A DNA stretch of 63,856 nucleotides, filler included, from Collodictyon triciliatum (lineage: Eukaryota): the NCBI GenBank assembly GCA_043381765.1. It is 6 parts of 6 records of this genome, joined end to end, with 100 filler letters (N's around TTAATTAATTAA, not from the genome) between each part and the next. Parts side by side here need not be neighbours in the genome. Positions count along the whole stretch, not along the records: positions 24,130 to 36,070 come from JBHJMP010002268.1; positions 36,171 to 48,110 come from JBHJMP010002269.1; 4 more parts are not named here. One strand, written 5' to 3'. This document shows, one piece after another, positions 27,916-38,608 of the stretch (position 1 is the first letter of the stretch; the number at the start of each line of letters is the position of its first letter). Position numbers and translations under genes: made by a program. The notes beneath the pieces were generated by a model. The model was not told the origin of the DNA and did not search any database. It saw only the letters and a list, made by a program, of their open reading frames with translations.

Positions 27916-28234
27916 GCCACGATGCATGTTTTGAAATTCATTCTCGGGCCTGCATCAGGCCAGAGAGCTTGATGAGGAGCGCAAGGCCAAGGAGGAAGAG
28001 GAGCGGTTGGCACGTCTGGAGGAGGAGGAGGCTGCGCGAATCGCGAAGGAGCAGGAAGAGCTTGAGCGACAGGCGCGACAGGCTGAAGCTGAGGCTGAGG
28101 CTGAGAATGGAGACGGTGAAGCAGATGGTGAGGCAGATGGTGAAGCAGATGCAGATGCAGCTGGTGACAGGGAAGGGGAAGGTGAGGAAAGGGAGCCGGA
28201 CAGCGAGCAGCAGGAAGGGGCTGGTGGAGAGTAG
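24854..28234 (+). CDS. LRRC23: LRRC23-like axonemal radial-spoke LRR protein with an N-terminal cytochrome b5-like domain and an acidic tail
   Basis: Spliced: MEEEKL|ISFDELQEHSARDDAWIHIEGIVYNLTELNEAH...CA|GKDATETF...FKVGIIH|...ILDEDLITESLSRLTKTPDGTSFAYTKVHIQ|GQKLTNIDVLESYEYIQYL...HPALEQLNLN...LQVLEIRGNKI...LEELYL|AGN...LEKLNMR|ENQI...|ENPVVEGETYRFDVILALP|WLVSLDKQPITQEEREQ|ARE.... This parallels LRRC23 as I recall it (LSLLCKTGNGLAHAYVKL; HPRLETLNL; LERLDKEFYEEEER). Confidence 0.88.
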
Positions 28235-28420
28235 CCTTCTGGATAGCGAGTCTACCTTTCGACTCATGCCCCACATCGTCAACCAGAGATAAAGCAATAT
28301 GTCCTTAATCGCAGATGATTGCCATCGGCTTTGCTATTAACTCGATTCTTTTTTTTTTTTCTTATCTCCGGATGGAGGACTACCCATCAACCAGATACGC
28401 ACATCTTTATGGATACAAAT

Positions 28421-28512
28421 GACGTCTTTGCAAAAGTTTTTTTTTTCCTTTATTCGAACGTCTTTGCGAAAGTTTTTTTTTCCTTTATTCGATTCACGTC
28501 TTTGCGAAAGTT
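28421..28512. repeat. About 2.5 copies of a ~36-38-bp direct repeat (ACGTCTTTGCRAAAGT9-10CCTTTATTCGA)
   Basis: ACGTCTTTGC(A/G)AAAGTT occurs three times in the intergenic region 3' of LRRC23. Confidence 0.85.
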
Positions 28513-29194
28513 AAAGAGCGGTAAGGCTGGTGTGGGAATGAAAGTGGCGCCAATAGGCTCGGCGTTGTCAAGATTATTTTGAGAGGTTAGGGTTATATCA
28601 TTGGTCTACACAAGTTATTGGCTCTTGTCTCGTCAGACAACTACCTGAAAAGTTTATCTGCCGTTTTTTTGCCTGTATTTTTGTCGTTGTTTCCTGGGTT
28701 CTTTTTTTTTTTTTTTTTTTTAAGCTATCCAGCTTGCCGCGGCTTCTGGTATGCGTTTCACGATATTATTTTGTTTATCTGCCCATAGTTTGAGTCTCCT
28801 CGGCCTCAGAAATAAATAGTACAAACAAACAGTCGCCACCATTTTGTACAAATAACCATGCCAGTCACGCACACACGGGACATAACACTACATTATAAAT
28901 TTTTATTAATTTTTCAATCATTAGACCACATGCACGCAAAAAAGAATGGCGGTTTAAGACGGTAAATATATATAATCATAAGATCCACAATTAGTAAAAC
29001 CTATATTTGCAAATGACCTTTCATTCCTTCATATGAAACATAGATGCTCTCAAACACATAATATATATTTTTTACTATATAAATATTTTAATTGATAAAT
29101 TAATCAGCTAAAAATTAAAAAAAAAAGGTATTTTATTTTGTATTCCAAGAATAGACGTTTGCTTCTGGCCGTTTGAGGCAGATCGGATCAAGCG

Positions 29195-31251
29195 ATGCGA
29201 AGTAACGCGGGGTCTCCAATGCCATCCAGGACGACCCTTGCGGCACTACTTAGTCAGCAGAAATACCCTCTCCGAACCGCCATCAAAGCAGGAGTTTGGT
29301 GTAAGGGCAAAAGTGAGAAGGTTGAGAAGGAGAGGGAGAAAAAACAGAGTCGCGGGTGAAAACGATGACAGGAATTTCTTCAAAACGTTAAAAGTGATCT
29401 ACCTCGATTTGCAATTAGTCTGAGCATTTATCTTTCCAGAGCGCCGCATATCCACGCTGCCACTAGCACCAATGATGGCAGAGCGCAAGAGCCGCCTCAA
29501 GGAGCTAAAACGGCTGCGACCAGAGTACAAACCAAGGGCTTGGCTAGACTCCTTGAGCTCTTGCACGGCACTTGCCTTGGAGTCGAAAAAGTTGACTTCC
29601 TTGCCTCCTGGAGTTCTCTATTTGAGCCGTCTAGCCCAGCTTCGTTTATCGTACAACTGGCATCTTCTTTCTTTTCCCACCGAAATCGTGTCTTTGAGTT
29701 GTCTAACAGTGCTGGATCTCTCTAGCAATGCCATATCGTCATTGCCTTCTAGTGTGTCGTGTATGACAAAACTCTGCGCCTTGAATGCTTCATACAATAA
29801 GCTTGTCTCGTTGCCCCTGGAAATATCTGCCCTAACACAACTCACTTTCTTCAATGTGACTAATAATCAATTGACCTTTGTACCACTCGAATTGTCAGCA
29901 CTGTTGAATCTTCCAGTGTTTGATTTATCATACAATCTATTTTCGCTGCTGTCACCTGGAATGGCCAAATTGAATCAACTCTCGTGCCTTGACTTGTCAT
30001 TCAACAGACTCTCCACCATAACACATGAGATTTCCAGACTCTCTGATCTACAAAAGCTGAATTTATGGGGGAATAAACTATCTTTTTTGCCAGATGAAAT
30101 ATCAGCGCTGACTTGCCTTGAAGAATTTCTCATTTGCAACAACCTTTTGTCGATGTTACCGCAAGGAATATCTGGATTGATTCGCCTCACGAAAATCGGT
30201 TTGGTAGAAAACAGACTAGTCAATCTTCCTGGGGGTATATCTGGCTTGATTAAACTTCCGGAGCTGAATCTCACCAAAAACAATATTTCATCCCTGCCGC
30301 CAGAGATATCTGCCATGACAAACCTTACAGTCCTCAATATCAATGACAGCTATGTATGTGGCTAGAATATCCAAAATCTAATTCAAGTTTAAAAATTACT
30401 TAAGTTGTGCATCACCTATAGGTCGAAGAACTCCCATCACAAATTGCTGCTCTCACGCGCCTGGCACAACTTCACATAAACTGCAATAAGTACAAAAGGG
30501 TTAAGAGAGCGCCCCGTGAAATAACAAATCTCCCTTTCTGGAAAAACGGATTTGTGCCAGACTCTGTACATCCTGGTACTTTTCGGGATATTCTAAGGGA
30601 AATCAAGCTCTGCGACTCTGTATGTTAATTCAACAAATATGGATTGGCCGTAGATTAATAATAACAATAATAATAATCACAATCATAATGAAATATACTG
30701 AATCATATTGAAACAGAACGAGGGAATTTTGGGCTCTAATTGGAGTCCTGATATTGAGCAAATAAAATATCAAGCGCTGAGTTTTTATGGATTGACTTTT
30801 ACCACGTTGCCGCCAAATATCACATGCTTGACAAATTTAACATACCTCAATTTAAGGAGAAATTATGTAAGTTTCATAATAAAGTGGCTTCATGCAGTCT
30901 TCCCCTTACACCGTATTGATGAAAGTCAATAAACAGCTTCTACATGTCCCTGAATGCATTTGTACCATAATGTCGTTGATACACTTGGATTTATCTAAAA
31001 ATGAGGTGACTATAGTTGCAATTAAGAATGTTTTCATGGGACTTACACAAATTTCTACTGAATTTTACAATTCCTTTGAAAAAAAAAAACTTGCAGCTGG
31101 TAGGATTACCGAAAGATATATCTCGTCTTCGAAATCTAGTGGCTTTGGATATTTCAAACAACCAGGTGAAACACGAATATCGTCCATCAATTGACTCTTC
31201 TTTCTTCTTCTAAAGTGATCTATACAGATATCAGATATGGGAAATACATGA
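29195..31251 (+). CDS. Leucine-rich-repeat protein (about 16 x 23-aa LRRs, LxxLxLxxNxLxxLPxEI type), no other domain seen
   Basis: The 297-aa ORF 29472-30365 holds about 12 LRRs. Upstream exon from ATG 29195 (donor A|GTGAGA, acceptor TTTCCAG). Downstream phase-0 exons at ~30422-30619, ~30717-30866, 30937-31005, 31097-31165 and 31228-31251. Confidence 0.85.
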
Positions 31252-32696
31252 GGTGCCTTGGCAAACCTACGATGGTGATGAATAAACTTCTTTATAGTAT
31301 AGATTTGGGCACAATAATGTTTCATACTCCAGTATAGTACAATTTACCACACATAACCCACCTGCGAGCGGCGAACACCGTCACATTTATATATCGCACA
31401 CTTATCACGAATCATCAGTTAAAAGCAATATTCATGTCCCTGTCATGCTTTCCGGTTGCGCGAAGCTATTGACCATGAGTATCTTTTACTGTCTTTGTTA
31501 CTAGGGTTTCGTCGTACGAAAGGCGTTTTATATAATATTCGAAAGGCCCATAACCTCGAACGAGTCGGATAATAAGAGGCAAAAGGGGAGGCTTAAAACA
31601 AACCCCAACACAAAGGCGAGCGCTTGCATTCTATACCTGCGCATAGAAAAGTGGGATGGTGGGAGAGGCTTGCACCTTTGGAAAGATACCGTATTCATAA
31701 TACAATACCAAATTTACCGCATTTGATCGTGGCCGTTGAAGAAATTCGTCCGAATTTTGTGGTGGAGCAAATCTTGTTATGGATAGTTGGCAGAGGACAG
31801 AAGCCTTCAGAGTGTTTCTATTTTAAGGTAATGTGAGTCACCAGCCGTCACGCAGGACGAAAATGGCAAGCACTAACAGCCACAAAAAGCTGGAATCCAA
31901 ATGACGGGGTGTCAAAGGCGAGTGTATTCTGGCGAGTTTCTTGCCGCACTCGATGGTCACACATCATCATGTCGTCACACATACGGTGTGCTAAGCTGTC
32001 GTGACGCAACCGATAACCAATATGTCCTTTGGTGCGTCATCCAACATCACGCATACGACGCCGTGACATGCATGCTTCGTTGACGCCGTCCAATTCCGAC
32101 ACAAAGACTCATCCATCTATTCAAGAATGTTGATGCCAGAGCGAGAATCTATGGAAATTAAGTGGCCCACCCCGAAAGAGATTATATAATAGCAATAAAG
32201 AAAGGGCGAGAAATGAAAAGGCTGGAGAATACCACGTCGACAGGGGCGTGAAAGTGACAGCCGCGCATGAAGATCTTTTTAGAAGACAACCTGCAGCAAG
32301 TGTTTGAGTTGTAAAGCCAACATCCCCACGGTCCTGCACAAAAGTTGAAAGGAAGAATAAAAAAAAAAAAAAGTGTTTGGGTTGTGCCACGCCTAGGCGC
32401 AGGACGAGGACAACACGACCATCCCAGCTAGACATTGGGCTGCCTTTACTTTGAGGCGATGAGAAAAGAAAGTCAAAGTCAAAGTCAAAGTCAAAGTCAA
32501 AGTGAAAGGATGAGGGCAATAGAAGAGATCTCATCGATTTCACACGTAAAGTTACCACAGCTAGCCCGAATAAACCCCATACAAACAAAAGTTAATTCTC
32601 CATTGCCAGGTACAAGCCAGATTGGAAGAAAAAAACAAAAAAGGAGTTGAAAAAGAGGAAGGAAAAGCGCGTCATACACTTGTCCAACATATCTAA

Positions 32697-33242
32697 ATGG
32701 AGCAAAAAAACAACGTCGTAGTCTTGAATAACATTGTGGGATATCTGACAGCCATCACCAGCCGAACAGCCGTTTCACACACTGTCTTCGACCGCGTTGC
32801 CGACACTCTAAAAACCCCGTTGCCTCAGCTAACTCAGATGATTCAACGAGCGCAGTCCCATGATGTCATACACACTCAGACATTAGTCACTGCTGTTGTC
32901 TACTTGCATCGGTTTCTGCATGCAGCACACACACGCCTGACTACGCGCAATGTCGTCCCAGTCTTTGCCACAGCATTGTGCCTGGCAAATAAGTTTCTTG
33001 AAGATAACCCATTCAACAACTCCACATTCGCACATCTCTCTGCCATCCCGCAAGATATTTTGGGATACTTGGAGCTTCATTTCCTTTCTATCATACGATT
33101 TCGCCTGATGGTGGACGACCGCAAGTATGCCAGTCTTGTGGCAATATTTACAGAATCGCCCACCGAGGGTTCATTCCTGCAAGACTCCTATAACTCTCTG
33201 GCAACTAGCTTGCCGAAGTCTTCTGTTGACTCGCACTCCTGA
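32697..33242 (+). CDS. PHO80/Pcl (cyclin P/U)-type cyclin, intronless
   Basis: Cyclin box: TLVTAVVYLHRF...VFATALCLANKFLEDNPFNNSTFAHLSAIPQDILGYLELHFLSIIRFRLMV. Confidence 0.9.
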   Translation: MEQKNNVVVLNNIVGYLTAITSRTAVSHTVFDRVADTLKTPLPQLTQMIQRAQSHDVIHTQTLVTAVVYLHRFLHAAHTRLTTRNVVPVFATALCLANKFLEDNPFNNSTFAHLSAIPQDILGYLELHFLSIIRFRLMVDDRKYASLVAIFTESPTEGSFLQDSYNSLATSLPKSSVDSHS

Positions 33243-34630
33243 TGGAATGCATGTACAGTTCTTTCATTCATTTCGCCAGAGGAAATGTTCCATCATGCAT
33301 TTTCTTTCCCTTCTTTTGCTGCTTCTCATTATTCTGCATTTTGTTCTGTGCATCGCAATAGCGAGACGGCGGTGAAAAAAAGCGTTGGTACAACATTCCA
33401 TTAAATAAAGAAAACAAAAAAAAATTACATGTTCTTTGTCGTAATTAATGGAATTGTTCCTATTATTGTTGCTATTATTATAGGCTAATTTTTCTTTTTC
33501 TTTTTATGTTATCTGGTTTGGTTGGATTGTCCGATAACGTTTCTCGCTGAATTATAACCACACGAATTAAAAGCAAAATATTAAGAAAAAAAGGGCAAGA
33601 TATCAAAGTAAAATAGAAAAAAGGACTCAACTTCCTGCCAGCCCTGAGACTCTTTCCGGATTTCTGTTGGATTTCTGGTCGATGCTGATTTACAGCGTCT
33701 AATATATATTTTTTTCCCTCTCAATTTTGTGCGGGATGGTGAATACAGTGTCTATCATATACTCATCTATATTCATTTTATAAATGATGTCTTCCTGAGA
33801 AAAAAATAATGCGGTTTATGTATTTAATTATTTGGTCAGACGGCTCATAGACTTATTTTTTTTTAAAAAAAAAAGCGTTACATCACACGATATCCCTAGA
33901 GAACTTCACAAACACATTCAAATGTTCTGTATTGTACCAAGTGAAGACACCTGCAAGTACCGAGATGACAGACCCATCCAGGCGGGTGCGTCCACTTGTG
34001 ACATAGGATATACGCGAGCAGATGACTCGGTTTATGACCAGTTATTGCATGTGAGATAAAAAAAAAGATACAAGTATAAAGAGAGAAGTTCACAAAGTCG
34101 ATATGATATACGCACATTCTTTTCTGAAAGATTATTTCTTTCATAAAATAAGAATTCATGAATCTCCCAATTATCACTTTACTCGAATATCACACCGGGT
34201 CGGGTTCGGGTGACGATGTATTATTTTCAAGGTAGATCGCATCGCCATAATAATAGTGTAAATTGCGGTGCAGAATAGTTGTAGAAATACAAACCAATCA
34301 TATCTAGGGCTCGTGTAGTCAGTTTGATTTCATATACAGGTACAGCATCAACAAACGAAGCGTAATGTGTATTTATAAAATGAGTTCAAAATATGCTTCC
34401 ATGTCCATTGGTTCTCTCCCAAACACTAATTTGAGTATCACTTGATGATATTCATGCACCCTGCGATGAAATCTGCCCGGCTGTGCGTTAATAAAATTGA
34501 TAAAGAGAGAACTGAATCGGGATTATGGGGGAAATCCATTTAAAGAATGATAAAAAAAAAAAGAAGAAAAAGGGGAGAAGAAAGAAAAAAAGAAACCCAC
34601 CTTGGGAGTGCTTCCAACGAAATCGTGGAT

Positions 34631-34887
34631 TCAGTTTCCTTTCTTCATTTTTCTTTCTTTGAGCTTCTCTCGAACATAACTCTCCTGCAATCAATCATGA
34701 TTATTTTTTTTTTTTAAAAAAAAAAAGAACAATAAAACAAGAATAAATGTAGATTATATATGTGGTCTGTATATTTTGAGTAAACCCCAACCTGTCGAGC
34801 CTTTTCTTGGTCCATGACTCTTTCCATAGATGCAATATTTTGTTGGTGTTCATCAAAAATTTGTTTTTTGGCATCGCTCATCGACAT
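34631..34887 (-). CDS. Small 49-aa coiled-coil-like protein, two coding exons
   Basis: MSMSDAKKQIFDEHQQNIASMERVMDQEKARQ (34887-34792), GT-AG phase-0 intron, then ESYVREKLKERKMKKGN* (34684-34631). Confidence 0.6.
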
Positions 34888-35022
34888 TTCACCGTGCTCT
34901 GTATTTCCAACAAGTCCCTAATGTCCAGTAGAACCAATCACGTGCAGCTGTTAGGTGACATTTTCATGAATCTCATCGATTGTCGGGAAAAAATGCTGAT
35001 AAATAGAAGAGAGGAACTGAAA

Positions 35023-35952
35023 TCATATTGTGAATATTGCATTTTGTACCATGACTCCATTTTCTTTGGCCCATTTCTTAATAATACGAACTATATATTC
35101 TACTTGTGGGTTATTTGTGTTTCGTAGCATACTAACAACATCCCTAAGTAACTCTTTCGATTCAGCTCCGGCGATAACTTGTTGGAACACTCCCTTGAAT
35201 GTATTGAAGAAAAATGTAGCAAAGAGAAGTCATTGCAATTAACATGTCATTTTTTTCAAAGAATTGAGGCTGGCATGCTCAATAGACTGAATTAAAATTC
35301 ATGCAAATTATCTAGATATGAAAATTTTAAAAACGTATTAATATCTACTAAAGTATTTGAATAGTTTGAGCTCACCACACAAGCACCTCGTTTTCCCTCC
35401 CAGTATTCTGGGTTGGGGTCAAGTCTTTCTAAAACATCAAAGGCTTTGGCCGAATAGTAAAATTCTCCAACCTGTAATTGGTGCAGGTAATAAATAAAAG
35501 GGGGAAACCAACACCCTAGTTTATTTTCACAAACGATTTAATAGACGAATAAAAAAAACCTTGTAGCAGTCGTTGGCGATAAGCTGTAAGATGCTGAAGG
35601 ATTCTCCTGATGTCTCCATTTTTAAGTATAATTCCCACGCTAGACGAGATTTCCCATTCATAATATCTATGTGTGTTTATTTTTCTTCAGATAATTGCTG
35701 GGACGCGATGTAGGGTATTATTATGACTCTAATAATATCATCAATAACGAAGTAATTCACTTAGAGCTTAGATATATGCTTCAAGGAAGTAATCGTACAG
35801 CATCGTGCCAACCAAGCTTGATAGTGATATTCCAGCTTGTAGCGCTCATTCTGTATCAAAAGAAGAGTTTCCTCTGCATCTTTGAAGGCCCCAGTGGCAG
35901 CTTTGGTTATCCCAAGATTGTTGTTGAAGTCATCATCGTTGTAAAAGTAGCT
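35023..35952 (-). CDS. TTC26: Intraflagellar transport protein 56 (TTC26/DYF-13), last four exons; 5' part lost at the contig end
   Basis: [36 protein letters not shown]...[77 protein letters not shown]...[18 protein letters not shown]. Confidence 0.96.
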
Positions 35953-35996
35953 CTAGATAACATGCAAGAGTGTGAACTCCAAGTGTGATGATGATG

Positions 35997-36070
<74 letters not shown>

Positions 36071-36170
36071 NNNNNNNNNNNNNNNNNNNNNNNNNNNNNN
36101 NNNNNNNNNNNNNNTTAATTAATTAANNNNNNNNNNNNNNNNNNNNNNNNNNNNNNNNNNNNNNNNNNNN
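36071..36170. other. Artificial contig-joining spacer
   Basis: 44 N + TTAATTAATTAA (36115-36126) + 44 N; IFT56 is truncated here. Confidence 0.97.
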
Positions 36171-36953
36171 AGAAAAAGAAAAGAAAAAGAAAAGAAAAAG
36201 AAAAGAAAAAGAAAAGAAAAAGAAAAGAAAAAGAAAAGAAAAAGAAAAGAAAAGAAAAAGAAAAGAAAAAGAAAAGAAAAAGAAAAGAAAAAGAAAAGAA
36301 AAAGAAAAGAAAAAGAAAAAGAAAAAGGAAGCAGTTTGACCGAGTGAGCGCCGAGACTCACAAACTCTCTTCGTTTGCCATTTTATTTGATTTGATTGTT
36401 TCCATGTTTTGCGCAATCAACTTTTGGCCACCTTTTACATAGAGTGTCGTAGTGCTTCTTTGTGCGGTTTTTTTTAGTAGTTTTTTTTTTATTAAGCCAC
36501 TCATGAATTAATTTCAAAAGCCCTACAAAGTAGCATTTTTTTAAGCAAGTAAAAGTTGAAAAAAGAAAAGAAAAAAGAAAAGAAAAAAGAAAAGAAAAAA
36601 GAAAAAAAAAGAGGACAATAGAAAGCCAATTCTCTTCCCGAGTTCCTTTTCCTCAGTGGGCTTGAGTTTTGCTCCTTGGACTCGATATGAACCTTCCCTT
36701 TGAATTTAACCATACCCATCCGGCAAAAGCCCCACTGGACCTGTTGCATCGAGAGGATTCCACCAGACGCCTTTTCTTTGCTTCTGCCACATTGCCACAT
36801 ATCACAGGATCAGACACATAAACTGGGTGAGTCTCAAGCAACCATCTCTTTCTCCTTCTCCTTTGCGACTGTTCTTGTTCCCTTTGACCACACGCTCCAA
36901 CTCCACGGAAATAAACGCCTTTTTCCAAACCCATATTTGATCAGCTGTCGAGA

Positions 36954-38577
36954 ATGTCCAAAGAAGCTGATGCCGAGGCTGCAAGTGCCGACAAGCCCTC
37001 GAAAGCCACGTTCAAGCCAGGCGATCTTGTGTGGTACCGCGTCAAGGGCTTCCCATTCTGGCCCGCAAAGATTCTGCGACCGGACGATCCTGCTCGACCC
37101 AAAGGCGATAAGCCCGACTGCTATTTGATTCGGTTCTTTGGGACTAAGGACTATTATTATGCACCCTGCAAAGACGAAGGAAGCAAACTGCTCCCCCTGA
37201 ACGAGCATTGGGAGGCCCACTCTGTTCCAACTTCGAGGCTTAAGCATCTGACAAAGGTCCTTTTCCTTTCTTTCTCAGTTTCTAATCCTTCCCATGAGAT
37301 ACAGACCCAATTGTTTGATATAGCTTGCTTGCTTGCTATATATATATATATATTCTACAGTTATCTTGCTTGTGTTTGTGTTTTGTTTGTGTTTTGTGTT
37401 TTGTGTTTTGTTTTGTTTTGTTTTGTTTTGTTTTGTTTTGTTTTGTTTTGTTTTGTTTTGTTTTGTTTTGTTTTGTTTTGTTTTGTTTTGTTTTGTTTGT
37501 TTGCTTGTTTTTTTTGCTTGCGATATAATTGGCAAAATGATAACAAAAAACATAATATGCGATGGAACGGTAAGGCCATCGAATATGCACAAATAGCCAA
37601 GACTCTTCGAAGCGACGGTAGTGTTCCAGTCTTTGATGATGGAGTAGATGACAAGGAAAAGTCCATTTTCGATACGCCTACCGCACCAAAAACACCAAAG
37701 ACCCCGAAAACTGCACCGCCAAATCTGGGCTCCAACGCTGAAGCCGGATGTATTTATTATTTTATTTTCCAGTTGATAATATGAGACTTCATTCAAGAGC
37801 ATATTTATTCACAGATGAACAAAATTAACCAATGTTGCTGAATAAATTTTCCTCGCTAAATCATTATTTACTTGCTCGCTTAATTAGCAAGCTCCAAGGA
37901 AACGAAAGGAGCCGACAAGGCTGGCCATAATACTCCACACGTATCATCTCGCGGCAGGAAAAGAACAGCAACACCGCTGACAAACATGGGCAGAGACTAT
38001 GCGAAGAAGGAGAGGAAGGAGTCTCCACAAAGGGAAAATGAGGAAGGGCCTGCTCGAATCGAAGAATTGGACACCGACATCCGAATAGAGGATGGAAAGT
38101 CCGTGGCTGACTCCAAAATATCGGCCTCTGGTGCACTCGCATCTGATTCATCAAAGTCTCCCGGTAGACAGTTAAAGGATGAACGGAAATCAAAGATACG
38201 AGAGAAAGGCTCAAGTGAAGACAAAGACAAAGACCGAGAAAAGGAAAGGACTAAGGGAGACACCAAGGAGAAGGAAAAGTCAAAAGAAAAGGTTAAGGAT
38301 AAGGATAAGGATAAAAACAAAGAAAAGGAAAAGAAAAAAGCCAAGGAAATGCTGAAGGACGAAACTAGTGACTCGGGCCAGAAGCCAATCACTTCGTTGG
38401 TCTTGATAAAATCTGAATCTTCATCTACTCCTCACGGTAAGCAAAAATCTTTTGACTATGACCATGATTTAGTAATGATCAGTTTTGGAATTTTTCGGTG
38501 GCTGCAAACTTCTCCAATTTATAGACAAATATATATTGCTGAAATAATAGCCTCTAATTCATAATTATCTTTTTACT

Positions 38578-38608
<31 letters not shown>

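Noticed and set aside
28421-28512. ~37-bp direct repeats as a CRISPR-like mini-array
   Set aside because: The repeats are contiguous with no unique spacers, there are no cas genes, and the context is eukaryotic.
31405-31520. Hammerhead-like cores on the minus strand (GACGAAAC ... CTGATGA) with a partial stem II
   Set aside because: The stem II closing pair is a U/C mismatch, and stems I and III cannot form next to a UH cleavage site.
24854-35952. Ciliary gene cluster (LRRC23 and IFT56 on one contig)
   Set aside because: Only two genes, separated by unrelated LRR and cyclin genes; compatible with chance in a flagellate genome.
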